Source: Balanoglossus misakiensis (taxonomy: Eukaryota; Animalia; Hemichordata). From it: DNA of 64,000 nucleotides. Shown one piece after another: positions 43,279 to 54,600 of this stretch (position 1 is the stretch's first letter; every line of letters begins with the position of its first letter). The stretch covers positions 4,409,125 to 4,473,124 of the forward strand of contig CM082586.2 of assembly GCA_040954595.2 (NCBI GenBank). The letters run 5' to 3'. The notes under the pieces were generated by a model. That model made no database searches. It worked only from the letters and a program-made list of their open reading frames with translations, and had not been told where the DNA came from. Both the position numbers and the translations under genes were made by a program.

Positions 43279-45300
43279 CGCCCCGCGATAGTGCATATGC
43301 ATTTATTCAACACTGGCTAGAACATTCGAATTATAACGCAGTTCCCATCTTGTCAAAACCCAATGATTGTTTTTTTAACACAGTTAAGAGATAAGAGCGT
43401 TTCAGTTGCCTTTGTGTGGGCGTTTCTATTCGCCGTATGTATAGTGAATAACAAGAATTTTTAAGTGAAATATATACGGTATGTATTTACATAATTCATT
43501 TTATTTCCCAGTATACTCGAGTGTTTTCAAAGAGATAACAATTGAAATATATCATGAACAATTCATAAATACATAAGCATCATTCACAACGTATTCAAGT
43601 ATGCTATTAAAAATACATGTATATTCAAAGCCTTTAACTGTACATCCTTTTGGGATTTTTTTCTCCTCAATGCAGTATAAAAATCTTCTATCAATACTTT
43701 AATATCTAAGATGCTTAGCAGGCAAACGTTGCCTCGGCTCAGAACAAACGGTCTGGGAGAAATAATCTTTAAAAATACATTCGAATCACGAATCATGCGT
43801 AGAAGTAGCTATACAAGACGGGGTGTTTTGTACGACTTGTAAGAGTACCGGACAAGTATTCGTCTTCACTCGACATGAGTATGGACTCACTACCACCGCA
43901 AGATAAATAAGTAGAAAACGCAAGCTAGACTGTTTAGGGACTTTTGCAGTAAAACTTTAAAACGCAGAGCATCTCCAGAATCGTAACAGTGGAGTTATCA
44001 GACTACATGTAAAAATTATGAGGCTTATGATTCAGTGTTTTGCATAATTCAAACAGTATCTCAGAATCTCGTTGTTATTCATGAGATGGCTGTAACCCGA
44101 TAGTCCCACTTCAACCATACCAGAGTGCAAATTATTTAATAAAGGAAATTGACGACAAAAGTATTATTTCCTCTGACTCTATATATAAATTCTGAATATA
44201 CAAATGATTTATGGATTGTGGGGGTGGGGAGAAAATTGTTTCCGTTTAAAGGGGAATCTGTGTGTCGTGATGTCTGGAAATAGGACTGTACCAAACACAA
44301 TGTGAACAGGGACTGAAGATCAGCTTATCTTGTCACAATCATCGGGATTAGTTTTGCTCGGCCATGGGCCTACATGTGAACCCAGCAACTATTACATTTG
44401 TACTATTAATATCACTTAATATGCAAGATTACCTGTAATACAAATGTATGTTCAATTTTGCTATTATTTTGTTATTTCACACTTCCTTGTGCTTGGTGGC
44501 TGACACATTTTCCACATCTGTTTGATGCATGCGCGGAACTATTTTCTATGAAAAAATGTTACTTCCGGGCCATTCAAAATCAAACTAACTATATCGGAAT
44601 ACGTCTTCATTTTTTATTCCCTTCAAATATTTATATGATTAATCTCTTGATATCTAAAGTGAGATCCAAACTTTCAATGGAGCTTTCCCGTCATGATGAA
44701 GCAACATGCCGGGTTTCAATGCTTTTAAGCACTGAGATGCCTCTAGCCCGAATAAAGATTCGACATTACATGTACAATAACACTTTAAAATTGCAAGTCA
44801 CTAATCATATTGTACAAATGCGCGTATGTGTTCCTATATAAATCAGCTACAATGTAAAGCACCGCAGTTGGATTTTTCTGGCGGTTTCTAACTCACTATT
44901 TTCCCACTAAGGCACTAGCAAGGTAGTGAACCTCTCGTACAGTACCGACTAGACATATCTACTGACATTACAAAAATACACACTTTGGTTTTTCAAAGTC
45001 GATAGTTTTTTTTTTCAACACTATTTTACAAGATTCGTCGCCAATCTGTGAAGATCTTCAAGCGCCAACGGAATTACAAGGCAAGTTTGCTGATCTTTTT
45101 AACGAATATCCATTTTCACAGTTCTGTAACATTGGTGGAAATGGGCGTTTCTGGGCCGTGTAATACTTCGTAAGCCTATCCTCTCTACAACAAGTAACCG
45201 GCATTTATATATAAATTTTCAAATACTCCCCTTTTCCACGGGATGCTGAAATGTATCTAAATTTGATCAAATTCTACAAGTTGTTCGGAATATTGTTTAA

Positions 45301-45381
45301 AAAAACATTGCTGGTGTATCCTGCCCAAACAGGGTTGAATAGATGGTACATGTAATTATCACTGTCCAAGACAATGGTTTT
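45301..45381. mobile_element. 81-bp dispersed element with short TIRs, copy 2
   Basis: Matches 43198-43278 with a few substitutions. Confidence 0.65.
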
Positions 45382-46316
45382 TGATTTTGCTGCGCATACT
45401 ACCTGAAACATCGACGCGTTTATTTTGAGTTTTGAATAATGTTATGAAATTGAAAATAATGTTTACAGGTCCTGAATTCAAATTCTTGCAGAATTAACGA
45501 TGAACAACTCCTCCGAATCAGATGTTGCTACCAGACCACTTGACGAATTACCAGTGTATGTCTACAGCACGGAGATGGCGCTAAGCACGACTGGGATAAT
45601 TGGTAATCTGCTTGTAATTTTAGTGGTCTTCATGACACCGTCGATGAGGACAACGACTAATTTTCTGATCGTGAATCTTTCTGCGGCGGATCTGGAGACG
45701 TGCGTCGTGCGCGTGCTCATCAGGTGCTTCACGCACGTTTTCCGGGTGGCGGTGCCGTCCGGGGTGGCGGGCGACCTGTACTGCCGCTTCGTCAACGGCG
45801 CCGTCTTCTACTGGGTCGGCATGAGGGAGTCGACGTTCACGCTGATCTTGGTCTCCTTAGAGCGATACCTGGCCATCGTCCACCCGCTGCTCTACAATAA
45901 GTACTGCACAAACCGCAATGTAGTCACGGCCGTTGCCGTTTCCTGGGTCCTTGCTTTCATCTTCGAATTGAAACTGATCCCGTGCAATCCACGTGTCAGA
46001 CCCGTGTATATCTACCCCAGCAAGTTAGTTTCCAGGTGCATCGGCGTGTTCTATTTCGTCACTTGCTACTTTGCCCCGATAATTGTAATGACCTGGGCGT
46101 ATTGCAGAATGTTAAACAGTCTTAGCGCTAACAATAGTCCATGGGCCAGACAGGAATTTGGTATCAGAAAGATGGACAAAGCCTCACATGGTTTTTTGGA
46201 AAGGCCTATATCTCTAGATTATAAATTGGGGTGATAGCCCTGCCTATCGAGTAGCTTTCTGCATTTTTTCCCTCAAAAACTAATGTAAGAACCTAAAAAT
46301 TTCCGACCCAAATTTT

Positions 46317-47362
46317 GGGGGTAGGGGAACTTTAAATTGCTGTAACTCCAGCAAAACTAAAGCCAGAACAGTCATTTACCACTCAAATTGTGTGTTTTTT
46401 AGAACTCTACCAATATAATATATTTTGGTGGCAATTCGTTTTGAATTGAGGTCAATAGAGGTCAAAAGGTCATGAAATTTGGGTCATTCTGAAAATTTGT
46501 AGTATGACTATTTCTTGAACGATTTTTTTGAACTTAAGTCTTCAAATGTCATTTACAAGATAAAATACTCTCCCAGAATCTATTTCAAACCAATAGAAAA
46601 CCTTATTATTCATTTATGACCAGAAAAACACAAATAAAGAGAAACGACAGAAAGACATCCAATTTTCCACTCAGATTTAAGGGTAGGGGAAACTTAAGTT
46701 CTTGTAACTCCGGCAAAAATAAACCCAGAACAGTCATCTACCACTCAAATTGTGTGTTTTTTAGAACTCTACCAATATAATATATTTTGGTGGTAATTCG
46801 TTTTGAATTAAGGCCAATAGAGGTCAAAAGGTCATGAAATTTGGGTCATTCTGAACATTTGTAGTATGACTATTTCTTGAACGATTTTTTTGAACTTACG
46901 TCTTTAAATGTCATTTAGAAGATAAAATACTCTCCCAGAATCTATTTCAAACCAATAAAAAACCCTATTATTCAATTACGATCAGAAAAACACAAATACA
47001 GAGATACGGAAGAATGGCACAAGACTTCAGACCCTGTTATTGGGGTAGTAGTTGTAACTCCGGCAAAAATAAAGCCAGAAAAGTCATCTACCTCTCAAAT
47101 TGTGTGTTTTTTAGCACTCCAGTGATTGTATATGTATTTGTTGCAATTTTGTTTTGAATTTAGGTCAAAGAGGTCAAAAGATCACAAGATTTGGGTAATT
47201 TCGAAAAATTATGGTACGAACATTTCCCGCATTAATTTTTTAAACCCAAGTCTTCAAATGTCATTTATGAGATAAAATACTCTACACGATTTTTTTTCAG
47301 ACCAATTGAAGACCTTATTATTCAATTACAATCAGAAAAAAAAATTAGTAGAGAAACGGAAT
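46317..47362. repeat. Three subterminal tandem repeats (~350-362 bp) in the left arm, mirrored in the right arm (~49330-50385)
   Basis: GTAACTCC...CTCAAATTGTGTGTTTTTTAG blocks recur at 46342, 46704 and 47054. Confidence 0.88.
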
Positions 47363-47715
47363 AATAACAAACAATTTCCCACGGATTTCGGGGTAGGTTT
47401 GGCCATCTAACAGGTAAGTATACACCCAACTGATCATGCACATATGGTGTTTAGGAGAACGGATGTGCAAATTTGTGAACCTTTGCATGCTGCTCATGTG
47501 CACTGTACTTGTATGATGATTCCTAACAATACTACGAGAAGGGGCCATTAAGGCATTGTAGCTCTGATTGTGTATTATTGTTGGATACCATCCTACAGTG
47601 TACAGGCACAGCAGATGACAAGCCAAGCAAAGGTTCAAAAATCTGCTTATTTTTTCCCCTCGACACAATATGAGTATGATCTATTTATATTCAGGTCCAG
47701 TATAATAAATAAAAA

Positions 47716-48473
47716 ATGGCAAACCCATCTTCTATTCCACACAAGAGGGCTCGACGGGATTGTTTTCTCGACTGTCATGAATCCGACCATAAAGCAAGCC
47801 TCGTCACTCTACAAGATCACGCCTCCTGGATAACTTTGCTGAATACAGCTAACATACAAAAATACAAACCAATTCAGGACCTCGCCATTGGTTTGGGCGA
47901 AGGTGAAATTCCTCAGGTGCAGTACCATCGGAAATGCCGAAGTCTCTTTACGATGAAAAAGGCTCTTGAATCTATCCTTTCTAAAGAGCAGTCGTCATCA
48001 ACTGAGGGAACCAATACACTGGAACGTAAAAAAGAGGTCGAGCATACAAGGGTCTCGGTGTGATCACATTTGCCTATTTTGCTCAAGCAGGTTCAAGTCA
48101 TATGGAGGTTGATGAAAGTCAACATGATCAAGATACTAGTTATGAGGATGTCCTGCAAATTGCTCAAGAAGAGTTATTTTCTTTTATCAGAAATGATTTG
48201 TTCACAAACCCTGAGGTAGTTCCCCTGACTGATCTATCAAACAAGTTAGTTACCAAAATTGGTGTTAAACAGGTTAACAATTCCACCAACAAAACTTGCA
48301 GCATACGCTAAATACGGAATTCAAAGGGACAATGATGTAAATGGTAGGGTGCTTGTATATCCGTCTCACTAGATATAGGTACTGTTGACCTGAAGTACAA
48401 TGCTGAAAAGAACTTCTTGCAGCAGAAAAACAATCACATGAAAGTATCATCACCACATCTGCTCTAATCCTGC
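47716..48473 (+). pseudogene. Degenerate transposase N-terminal fragment (left arm plus spacer)
   Basis: MANPSSIPHKRARRDCFLDC...QYHRKCRSLFT, a frameshift at an A6 run (~48028), CDHICLFC, a deletion, then the continuation ...LFSFIRNDLFTNPEVVPLTDL... with further disruptions. Confidence 0.6.
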
Positions 48474-48974
48474 TTACGCTGCTTGAATATCAGGCCTTGT
48501 ATAGTCCCTATAACACTTTCTATGATAGTGACCCTCAGCAGCAACCAACTCACGACTGAGAAGTGCACGAATTTTACTGTCGTTTTTTCTTGTTGCTGCC
48601 TCCCTTAATGTGTTGTCCGCACGCAATTGCTGACAACGAACTAAATGAGCTCTTGTCCTACTTCCCTTCATGTACTTGGTGGTGGAGCAAAATAGGCAAA
48701 TGTGATCACACCGAGACCCTTGTATGCTCGACCTCTTTTTTACGTTCCAGTGTATTGGTTCCCTCAGTTGATGATGACTGCTCTTTAGAAAGGATAGATT
48801 CAAGAGCCTTTTTCATCGTAAAGAGACTTCGGCATTTCCGATGGTACTGCACCTGAGGAATTTCACCTTCGCCCAAACCAATGGCGAGGTCCTGAATTGG
48901 TTTGTATTTTTGTATGTTAGCTGTATTCAGCAAAGTTATCCAGGAGGCGTGATCTTGTAGAGTGACGAGGCCAT
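48474..48974 (-). pseudogene. Second, inverted degenerate copy of the transposase N-terminus
   Basis: Same peptide as the left arm, with a 79-bp deletion after ATGGC. It retains CLFCSTTKYMKG...ELVAAEGHYHRKCYRDYTRP, which the left copy has lost. Confidence 0.6.
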
Positions 48975-51613
48975 TTTTTTTATTTATTATACTGGACCTG
49001 AATATAAATAGATCATGCTCATATTGTGTTGAGGAAAAAAAACAAGCAGATTTTTGAACCTATGCTTGGCCTGTCATCTGCTGTGCCTGTACACTGAAGG
49101 ATGGTATCCAACAATAATACACAATCAGAGCTACAATGCTATAATGGCCCCTTCTCGTAGTATTGTTAGGAATCATCATACAAGTACAGTGCACATGAGC
49201 AGCATGCAAAGGTTCACAAATTTGCACATCCATTCTCCTAAACACCATATGTGCATGATCAATTGGGTGTATACTTACCTGTTAGATGGCCAAACCTACC
49301 CCCAAATCCGTGGGAAATTGTTTGTTATTATCCCGTTTCTCTACTAATTTTTTTTTCTGATTGTAATTGAATAATAAGGTTTTCAATTGGTCTGAAAAAA
49401 AATCGTGTAGAGTATTTTATCTCATAAATGACATTTGAAGACTTGGGTTTAAAAAATTAATGCGGGAAATGTTCGTACCATAATTTTTCGAAATTACCCA
49501 AATCTTGTGATCTTTTGACCTCTTTGACCTAAATTCAAAACAAAATTGCAACAAATACATATACAATCGCTAGAGTGCTAAAAAACACACAATTTGAGAG
49601 GTAGATGACTTTTCTGGCTTTATTTTTGCCGGAGTTACAACTACTACCCCAATAACAGGGTCTGAAGTCTTGTGCCATTCTTCCGTATCTCTGTATTTGT
49701 GTTTTTCTGATCGTAATTGAATAATAGGGTTTTTTATTGGTTTGAAATAGATTCTGGGAGAGTATTTTATCTTCTAAATGACATTTAAAGACTTAAGTTC
49801 AAAAAAAATCGTTCAAGAAATAGTCATACTACAAATGTTCAGAATGACCCAAATTTCATGACCTTTTGACCTCTATTGGCCTTAATTCAAAACGAATTAC
49901 CACCAACATATATTATATTGGTAGAGTTCTAAAAAACACACAATTTGAGTGGTAGATGACTGTTCTGGGTTTATTTTTGCCGGAGTTACAAGAACTTAAG
50001 TTTCCCCTACCCTTAAATCTGAGTGGAAAATTGGATGTCTTTCTGTCGTTTCTCTTTATTTGTGTTTTTCTGGTCATAAATGAATAATAAGGTTTTCTAT
50101 TGGTTTGAAATAGATTCTGGGAGAGTATTTTATCTTGTAAATGACATTTAAAGACTTAAGTTCAAAAAAATCGTTCAAGAAATAGTCATACTACAAATGT
50201 TCAGAATGACCCGAATTTCATGACCTTTTGACCTCTATTGACCTCAATTCAAAACGAATTACCACCAAAATATATTATTTTGGTAGAGTTCTAAAAAACA
50301 CACAATTTGAGTGGTAAATGACTGTTCTGGCTTTAGTTTTGCTGGAGTTACAGCAATTTAAAGTTCCCCTACCCCCAAAATTTGGGTCGGAAATTTTTAG
50401 GTTCTTACATTAGTTTTTGAGGGAAAAAATGCAGAAAGCTACTCGATAGGCAGGGCTATCACCCCAATTTATAATCTAGAGATATAGGCCTTTCCAAAAA
50501 TCTATGTGAGGCTTTGTCCATCTTTCTGATACCAATTTATGAAAAATCGGGTCCTGGCCCATGGACTACAAGGTGGGCATTGGCGGCGGGGTTGGCGGAA
50601 ATGACGTCATGGGTGCGGAACTGCTGACAGCAAAGAAACGACTGATCAAATTGCTGCTGATAGTATTCTTGGCCTACTTCATTTGTTGGACACCGGCGAT
50701 GACTTTCCAGTTATATCTCAATCTCGGGGGGTCCGGAAAAGTGTTTACCAGTTACCGGATGAACTTTGTTCTCATGTCGTTCGCCAACTCCGTCATCAAC
50801 CCGTTCATTTATGCGTTCAAGTACAGGCAATTCCGCACGGCTTTCTTGAAGAAGTTCTGCCCACACCTGCAGCGCCCAAAAAACGAAGTCGGCCCAGGTA
50901 ATACAAGTTCACTGAACACCATTCGTGTCACTAATTAGAACTTGAACAACAAATAAACTTGACAAGTCCAACAGGATTGAATCTCATTATTTATTCCAAC
51001 GAGAACTAGCATGAACACGGAAACATATAATTTAATATTTAATGTACCGAGCTATCAATATAAATAATATTTATATAATTTAATTCATAATTAGTTCATT
51101 TTAATATTGTGGAATTTCAATTTACATGTCGACTTATAACTTTGACAACATATCTGTTTAGATCATAAGCTCCTTGTAGCATTTCTATTTTATATTACTC
51201 ATAGTGGTCCAGTATGTTATGTATACTTCTTATCTCATCCTGAAATTTAAATCTTATGCTTAATTAGTTAAGAACATTATAAAAGGTATAATAATTTTAA
51301 TTGGATACCAGATAAGAATGTTTAGAAAATTAAGAATTTCACCACAGATTCTGACTCGTGGTTATTATTATTTTCGACACTGTCGTTTTTTGCATTGTTT
51401 CTCTTTGATTTTATGTTAATAAACTGTCAAAAAATTACAAGAAACATGTATTAGACAGTTCTTTTTTTCGCGTCAAACGAATAGGGCATATAAGCATAAT
51501 AAAGCTTTTGACATGTGATGTCAATCAGTGGGTGGAGCTCAAATTCAAGTATATGTGCACAGCTTGGGCAAAAACTTCCGAATGACGTCAGAGGTATCCA
51601 GGAGGTCAGAGTT

Positions 51614-54600
51614 TCAAGGGTTCGAATTCTGCACTGAGTCGTATGATTCAAACGAACGCTTAATGCTGCCTTCGACGTCGTCTGCTTCATCACTTTTTCG
51701 CACACCTTTAAAACATCTGTAATAGACGACGTATATGGCGTACAGAACGCAGGTTCCAGTTATTATCCAGGCAATGATAGTGCTACTTAAGGGGAACCCG
51801 TACTCGTCCATCAACGTTGCGCCAATAATTGGCCCGATAAACAGTCTGCAACAATTTTATGAAAAATAGAAAAAACAAACAGGAATAATTCAATGCTATT
51901 GTATACATCCTTATCAATTACTATAGCCGATGTGTTGTACATGATTTACCGTTCTTACTCACCTCGTCAACGATTGCAATACCAATATGTTTATACATTT
52001 TGTATCTATACTGTTGAATCAAGACACATCACTTACCCGAAGTTATCTGCAAAGTAATACAGGCCTGATACGAGACCATACAACTTCACATTATCTTCGT
52101 AGCCATTCTCTCTGAAAGATTGATAGATATTGGACATTTATTTTATGGCGACACCCGTTTTGACATTGGTAATGTACTGACAGTATTGTTCCGTCAATAT
52201 TAGTGTTCGTTTCCACATTTCGACACAGTATAGACCCCTGACAAATTATCATTTTCCACCAAAGCTATGTTTCTATCGATGAGTTCACTTTCATACTTAT
52301 ATACGAATTTTTCATCCGGGTATTTTCCATAATATGGAAAGTATCATTTATAATATTGTATGCGTCACTTACATCGCTACATTCACCATTTCCGGTATTA
52401 TGGTAATGATGGCACCAACGCCGACTCCCATGATGCTTAGGCCAACAGCTATGATAGAAATTGTCCTGTTGGAGTGATAAGCGTATAGGAGAGGTTTGTC
52501 TTATCCGCCATCTTGGAAACAAGGTGCATTGTGGGATAGAACTGGAGGGGGTATTGCAAGTACCCATCCAGTTCTATCCCACAACGCACCTTGTTTCCAA
52601 GATGTCGGTTAAGACAACCCCCCCCCTATACTCAGTGATTACCCCCCAAAAAATAAAACATGAATACACAGATACAGTTGGTACTAATTTATTCACCATA
52701 AAAGGGCCTTGCAATGTAAAGATAATACCCAGTGTGTTTGACGGAATCGACGATATCTTACCGTGTTAGATGCAAGAAAGGTGCAGGGCCTACCAGGAAG
52801 TAGCCAATTGCTCCTATGGCCAGACCAATTAAATTGAGTTCCTTTAATATATGCTGGAACGAGGAAAAGACAGATTATATACCAACACAGCCACAGGGCG
52901 ATAAAAGATGAAAACGGTATTTCCAGTAGCGCTTCGAGCGAGTGTAGAAGACCACCTTGTCATCTCATTTAATCATCAGTATTCGGGACTAGAGAAACGC
53001 CTCTTTTCGAAAGCTGACAAGTCTAGTTAACGTGCGTTACGATCTATGACAGATATACGTACCCATCTGTCGCCGATTAGACCCCAAAGTGGCGACGAGA
53101 CTCCGAAGCCTACACCGACCAGAAAGAACAAGAACGCCGCGGCTGCCGCCGCTTCTACATCGAACTGAAATCGGACAAGACTCGGTTAGACTGTCACATG
53201 GCCTCCTTATCAAGAAATATGACAATCGAAAATCAAATTAATGATGACAGGACTGAGAAAAACATACGGTACGTCAGAAACGTATATTACCGCAGTGAGG
53301 GCTAGGGACAGCGTTGAATCAAGATAAGTGATCTCAATGGAGTTGACGACCTTGACAAGCATTCCCAACACTATCCCGGCAATCAGTAGTAAGGGACCGA
53401 TCTTTTCGCTTCTGTGCGAGCTGGCACATGTATCTGTCAAGGCAAGGGCAGACAAACGAAGTAGGTAAATAGAAGCATGTATAGGAAAAGAAACATGTTC
53501 CCTCTGGTCTGTTCACATTACACGCCCAATGATCTGGGTACATTATTCTCGACATCCAATGGTAATATTGATATCCAACATTATCAATGCAACACCCACA
53601 CTGTCAATCATTACCCATAAAGTCAGAAACTTTAAGTCACCTCAACGGTTACCTGTCCAATTAAATCACTTTTACCTTTGTACTCTGGGAAAAGGTAGAT
53701 GCATAGCGGTAATATGAGTAGAAGGACGCCGCCTAACGCCAAGAAAGGGAGGAAATATCCTTTTGCCTGCAATTGATAGAAACAGAAAAAGTCACAAATG
53801 AACATAAGTTTGCACCGTAAGCTGTTTCTATACATTTTTAATATTCAAAAAGTCAATGAGAATCGTTTTGCAGGAAATCAAAGATGGCGCTTACGGCATA
53901 TAGCAGGCCCCCTAGCGTTGGGCCGGTGATGATCCCCAGGCCAGATGCTATCTGTAGGACTCCCTATGCAACGAAAGAAAAATAAAGCATCGGATAAGCA
54001 TATTGTAAAATAATCAATAATAAATACTCTGGGGCGATAAAAACGAACATATATAGTACAGGTTCGTTTTAGTGCATGCACGACAATATGTTAACTGTTG
54101 CGAATCATGAATACGGTAAAGCGGGCGCATGTGGTAGCATTTTACCAGGAGACTTGCGGTGTGGTGTGGTGTGGTGTCTTGCACGCACTTACTATGAAAA
54201 ACGCCACATTAGTGCGATAGATCTGGAACACTATAACTATGGATGCCGTGTTACATGCTTGGACACCGAACGCTTGTATGGTGCGAATGACAAAACTCAT
54301 TACTACGAAGTAGGCTGCGTTCTCTATGGCATCAAGACATCTATAGAAGGAAGCACACGCACAACTATTAGAATTAAAGCACTGTGTCGCAAAATGTGAC
54401 GTCAGCAGTTGTCGTACGCCCATGTCCCGTTTGTGGTGCAAAGGTCGACGAGTATGACACGGGTTGTTGATTTGCATGATATAATGCCTATTAATTTTAA
54501 TACGAATAAATGATACGGGTTATTAAATAGCATGACAATCTACAGAGTTGCCTATACTGCATGCGTATTGATACCAGCAAAACCAATCCGCAGTTTAGGT

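Larger units (their letters stand above)
46135..50568. mobile_element. Non-autonomous palindromic (foldback) DNA transposon, Academ-like, 4,434 bp, 3-bp TSD CAA
   Basis: CAA|TAGTCCATGGGCCAG ... CTGGCCCATGGACTA|CAA. Inverted arms 46135-48084 and 48685-50568 surround a 600-bp spacer. Degenerate transposase-like fragments carry YHRKC and CLFC...LVAAEGHYHRKCYRDY motifs. The structure is certain; the superfamily is inferred from TAG termini, the 3-bp TSD and motif recall. Confidence 0.85.
45500..50938 (+). pseudogene. Intronless class A peptide-receptor-like GPCR (galanin/somatostatin/allatostatin-receptor-like), interrupted in ICL3 by a 4.4-kb transposon
   Basis: The 5' half (45500-46134) has GIIGN, TNFLIVNLSAAD, SLERYLAIVHP and TM5 YFAPIIVMTWAY. 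The 3' half (50572-50938) has TM6 FICWTP and TM7 NSVINPFIYAF. Removing 46135-50571 gives one continuous 333-aa ORF (...SLSANKVGIGG...). Confidence 0.9.

Noticed and set aside
47345-47668. 107-aa and 97-aa His-rich ORFs in the transposon arms (also 49054-49347 and 60900-61193)
   Set aside because: They recur only because the arms are duplicated, point outward from the transposase and show no known motif.
46133-50571. Tc1/mariner-type TA target duplication (TA|GTCC...GGAC|TA)
   Set aside because: The TA empty site puts the GPCR out of frame with an early TGA, while the CAA reading restores it exactly.
46135-50572. The insertion as an ordinary spliceosomal intron
   Set aside because: There is no consensus donor at the left boundary and no polypyrimidine tract at the right. 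The nearest GT (46137) and AG (50571-50572) give a frameshift.
50561-50572. FLAG-tag-like start MDYK suggesting an engineered construct
   Set aside because: No DDDDK follows. The peptide arises from the TIR end plus the CAA duplication.
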